From IMG/VR virus record IMGVR_UViG_3300032212_000061, positions 1-39,351 of that record: a stretch of DNA of 39,351 nucleotides, one strand, 5' to 3'. The notes beneath the pieces were generated by a model that was not told the DNA's origin, made no database searches, and saw only the letters and a list, made by a program, of their open reading frames with translations. The position numbers and the translations under genes are program-made. How positions within the stretch are numbered: position 1 is the first letter of the stretch; every line of letters begins with the position of its first letter. Positions 36,871 through 39,351 of this stretch are shown one piece after another. Source of the DNA: a virus. Its lineage: Duplodnaviria; Caudoviricetes.

Positions 36871-37567
36871 ATTTGGCTAGAACTAAAAGTGAATAACCGC
36901 CTAGTATTCGCACAGTTAAATCCTGATTTATCGAAAACGCAAGCTTTCTAGGCAGTTTTAATAAATTGGCTTTCCATCCAAGATTCGGCAATTCTAATCG
37001 CCCAGCAGTATATGAATAATCAATAATCTCGTACCCAGTATCTTTTAGCGTTTCCAGCGCAGTTTCCTTTGTAAAGTAATGTATGTGACCAACAGATTTC
37101 CTACCTTTAATTATTGGAGAAGATCGGAGAACTGTTTGAACAGACAAATCAAGTGGGATATGGAATATTTTATATTTAGCTTTTTGTTTCAGTTTTCTTA
37201 GAAAATCAAAGTAGTTTTCGACGTGTTCAAAAATATCGATTGCCATTGCTATATCAAAAAAAGTATCTGGTTCATCAAGTAAATTTGCAAGCTTAAACGA
37301 TAAATTGGCATTCGATTTTTTATTGCAAATCTCAAACGCTTGAGGGGATATTTCATACCCAAAATATTTTTTATCGTCTGTGTTTTTTTCTGACATTTGT
37401 TTAAGTATTTCTCCAGCTCCACAACCTATCTCGCAAATACTTTGGGGGGGTAGAGAATTTTTGTTAATGATGTTTTCTATCTGTTTTGCCTTCCACGGCG
37501 AGTCCTCTTCATGCCACAAGGGGTTGTTATCAAGGTAAGTTCCATCTTCATAGATTTGTGTCATCAT
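36869..37567 (-). CDS. Class I SAM-dependent methyltransferase (non-DNA, glycan-locus type) moron
   Basis: EIGCGAG motif I, GYEIS, FD......DIFEHV, GHIHYFT; no NPP(Y/F) or PC catalytic motif. Confidence 0.88.
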   Translation of the reverse strand: MMTQIYEDGTYLDNNPLWHEEDSPWKAKQIENIINKNSLPPQSICEIGCGAGEILKQMSEKNTDDKKYFGYEISPQAFEICNKKSNANLSFKLANLLDEPDTFFDIAMAIDIFEHVENYFDFLRKLKQKAKYKIFHIPLDLSVQTVLRSSPIIKGRKSVGHIHYFTKETALETLKDTGYEIIDYSYTAGRLELPNLGWKANLLKLPRKLAFSINQDLTVRILGGYSLLVLAK

Positions 37568-37749
37568 TTACTCCGAGCATTTATGCACAACAAGGGTGTC
37601 TCGGGTGATCTTAAAGGAAAATACCCACAAATTCATCATAAATGAAGAATAAGTGGGGTTTTATAAATTATAAAATCAACTAGATCTTTCAATCACCTTC
37701 CCTTAAAGTTGGCCTAAAAGTGAAAGATGGGTAAGGTATTCATTTGAAT

Positions 37750-38004
37750 TTAAAGCTTTATGAGCAGCTTATTATGAGCATCATTGGTATTTATACTCGA
37801 TATCATTTCTTGCTCCATTGCCTTAACCGGTAATGTTCGTCGGTTTTGCTCGGTTGACACACTATAAAGCCATATACCTAAAACCAAAAGTATAATGGTA
37901 TTTAGTTTTGCGAGGTTACTACTATTAAAGTGATCTGCATGGTTATTTTTACCATTATTATTTCCAAGCACCTTATTTAGAATATCTATATCTTCACTTA
38001 ACAT
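37750..38004 (-). CDS. Small single-TM membrane protein
   Basis: AGGGAG RBS; TIILLVLGIWLY hydrophobic stretch; candidate promoter TTGTCT-16 bp-TAATAT upstream. Confidence 0.65.
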   Translation of the reverse strand: MLSEDIDILNKVLGNNNGKNNHADHFNSSNLAKLNTIILLVLGIWLYSVSTEQNRRTLPVKAMEQEMISSINTNDAHNKLLIKL

Positions 38005-38137
38005 CTTTATCTCCCTGTTTTATTTTTTTTTCAACTCAATCTTGAGCTGTTTGCAATCCCAATAATTGCAAGGGAGAGTTATATTACTGCTCAAAAAAAC
38101 AAAGACAACAAGTTTTAGTAAGAAATTATTAAATAGT

Positions 38138-38182
38138 GCCGAGGCGGCACCGGCATGGCCGAGGCGGCACTGGCATGGCCGA
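38138..38182. repeat. GC-rich 20-bp tandem repeat (2.25 copies)
   Basis: GCCGAGGCGGCAC(C/T)GGCATG x2 + GCCGA. Confidence 0.9.
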
Positions 38183-38881
38183 TTACGCACAATTTATATC
38201 TGGGTCGGTTCCAATCGACAGATAATGCGGTTCACCGCCTATTTTAATCATTTGGATCATGATTTCTAGTTGATAGGTGCGACCATCTCGCTTTTTATGT
38301 GCCGTTAAAAACCGTATAGGGTCGCGTTCTTCGACTAACCCATCACGAATAGAATTAAAATCTTCCTTTGTCATCTTGTCTTTAATGTCTAAAACATGAA
38401 GTTTTTTAATTTCTGTACACGAATAACCTAGTCTAGTTCGCGCTTTCTTGCTTGCATGGACAAAATTAAACCCTCCATCTAAAACATAAAGCTCATCATC
38501 AGAGTCTTCCATAATTACATTATAAACATCGCTGCTAACTCGCCTGCTTAGTAGTTCGGCATTTAGTCGAATCAAAGCATCACCGTAAGCATTAAAAATC
38601 TCTTTGTTTACATCTTGGTAGTCATCAAGATAATTATTTTTGTAATATTCGTAAGTGTTACGAATAGCTGAATAGCCATGCTGCAAATGGATATAATTAA
38701 TACCAAAATGTTCAGCCAGCATTTTAACCTGGTCCATGCTTGGCACTAATTTGCCGCTTATCCATTTAGCAATCGTCGAAATATCTGCGTCACAAACTCT
38801 GGCAGCTTCAAGCCTACGCTCTTTGTCGTTACCAATAAGAACAGCAATTCTTTCTTGTAATGTATCGTTTTCAGTCTTCAT
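38183..38881 (-). CDS. XRE-HTH / PAS-domain transcriptional regulator
   Basis: N-term EAARVCDADISTIAKWISGKLVPS..V..LAEHFGI; C-term IMEDSDDELYVLD..FNFVHAS.KA...LGYS..E...HKKRDG..Y.LEI (PAS/PAC); ATG 38881 with GGTGG RBS. Confidence 0.88.
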   Translation of the reverse strand: MKTENDTLQERIAVLIGNDKERRLEAARVCDADISTIAKWISGKLVPSMDQVKMLAEHFGINYIHLQHGYSAIRNTYEYYKNNYLDDYQDVNKEIFNAYGDALIRLNAELLSRRVSSDVYNVIMEDSDDELYVLDGGFNFVHASKKARTRLGYSCTEIKKLHVLDIKDKMTKEDFNSIRDGLVEERDPIRFLTAHKKRDGRTYQLEIMIQMIKIGGEPHYLSIGTDPDINCA

Positions 38882-38962
38882 AACACCACCCAACAGACAA
38901 AAGTAATCCTGACCGAGCTTTCGGTAGTTTTCAGAAAATCTAGCTATAGGGGAGTGACTAAG

Positions 38963-38986
38963 ATTAACCGTCCATCCGTGGTTAAT
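38963..38986 (-). promoter_or_regulatory. GGA-loop hairpin (CsrA/RsmA-type site) in the HTH-PAS leader
   Basis: Minus-strand AUUAACC-ACGGAUGGAC-GGUUAAU. Confidence 0.5.
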
Positions 38987-39062
38987 TTGTATCTAAGTTT
39001 ACATCGTTTACACACACAATAAAACCGTCAATATATTGGTGCAGATGTTGATTTAATTCCCG

Positions 39063-39096
39063 TTGTTATTAATAGATTGTTTGTGTATTATCGCGC
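39063..39096 (+). promoter_or_regulatory. Stable-RNA-type promoter of phage tRNA
   Basis: TTGTTA-17 bp-TATTAT followed by GC-rich discriminator CGCGC. Confidence 0.72.
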
Positions 39097-39103
39097 TTCG
39101 GTT

Positions 39104-39180
39104 GGCGGGGTGTAGCTGAATGGTTAGGCCGCAGATTGCAAATCTGTTTTATGTCGGTTCGAATCCGATCCCCGCCTCCA
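39104..39180 (+). tRNA. Phage-encoded tRNA-Cys(GCA), 77 nt with encoded CCA
   Basis: Acceptor GGCGGGG/CCCCGCC, anticodon arm GCAGA-TTGCAAA-TCTGT, T arm GTCGG-TTCGAAT-CCGAT, discriminator U73 + CCA. Confidence 0.93.
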
Positions 39181-39223
39181 TTATCTTGCTTTTACAGGCT
39201 GTCAACAAAAGCGGCAAGCCTTG

Positions 39224-39236
39224 TAACTTATTGATA
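39224..39236 (-). promoter_or_regulatory. IHF binding site in P arm
   Basis: Reverse complement TATCAATAAGTTA matches WATCAANNNNTTR. Confidence 0.75.
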
Positions 39237-39252
39237 CTAATAATAATACAAC

Positions 39253-39351
39253 GGATTGCAAATCCTGCCACTCCCACACATCACTCTTCCCAATTCCTTA
39301 TTTATCAACAAGTTACGTTTTTTAATATCGCGTTTTTTGGGTTAAAAACAG
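39253..39351 (+). repeat. attP core + P' arm; 99-bp direct repeat, copy 2
   Basis: Identical to 102-200; flanked on both sides by phage sequence with IHF sites. Confidence 0.95.

Larger units (their letters stand above)
102..39351. mobile_element. Temperate phage / prophage (lambdoid regulation, P22/T7-like podovirus virion genes) integrated in tRNA-Cys
   Basis: Integrase next to a broken tRNA; CI/Cro switch; replication, terminase, portal, capsid, ejection proteins, tailspike and holins; no tape measure or tail tube genes; att core at both ends. Confidence 0.97.

Noticed and set aside
38050-38059. 10-bp match to the att core (GGATTGCAAA) on the minus strand
   Set aside because: Lacks the ATCC half and flanking IHF/arm sites; a 10-mer match is plausible by chance and is part of a local dyad
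38138-38182. Mini-CRISPR array or SfiI/SMART adaptor (GGCCGAGGCGGCC) contamination
   Set aside because: No spacers or cas genes; the sequence reads GGCCGAGGCGGCA, so it is not an SfiI site, and the two copies differ
38066-38269. 67-aa plus-strand ORF through the tandem repeat
   Set aside because: TTG start without RBS, antisense overlap with HTH-PAS, and the 20-bp period is not in frame
33250-38900. Diversity-generating retroelement as in BPP-1-like podoviruses
   Set aside because: No reverse transcriptase ORF and no TR/VR repeat pair seen

Overview
A complete temperate podovirus-like prophage of about 39.15 kb (unit length 39,151 bp), probably from a gammaproteobacterium. It has a lambdoid control region: integrase/excisionase, a leftward early operon with a C5-DNA methyltransferase, CI/Cro/CII, O/P-like replication genes with iterons, Q and a late promoter. 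The P22/T7-like virion module has terminase, portal, scaffold, capsid, adaptor, nozzle, a GNAT, ejection proteins including a 2865-aa polyvalent protein, and a tailspike. Lysis genes are split, and a right-end accessory region follows. The window starts at attL and ends at attP; the 99-bp terminal duplication suggests integrated and circular or tandem forms coexist. The most striking feature is the integration site. The phage inserts into the anticodon arm of the host tRNA-Cys(GCA) and neither att arm rebuilds the gene. Instead, the phage carries its own divergent tRNA-Cys with a stable-RNA-type promoter next to attP, and a compensatory base-pair swap removes the exact att core from it. Other highlights: an XRE-HTH/PAS sensor gene beside a small ORF and a 20-bp tandem repeat, in a phage whose CI lacks a peptidase domain; an adenine-MTase plus zincin domain inside the large ejection protein; a methyltransferase moron near the tailspike; a parS-like site; and several structured intergenic RNA candidates. 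All protein calls come from motif recognition and gene order; no database searches were run.
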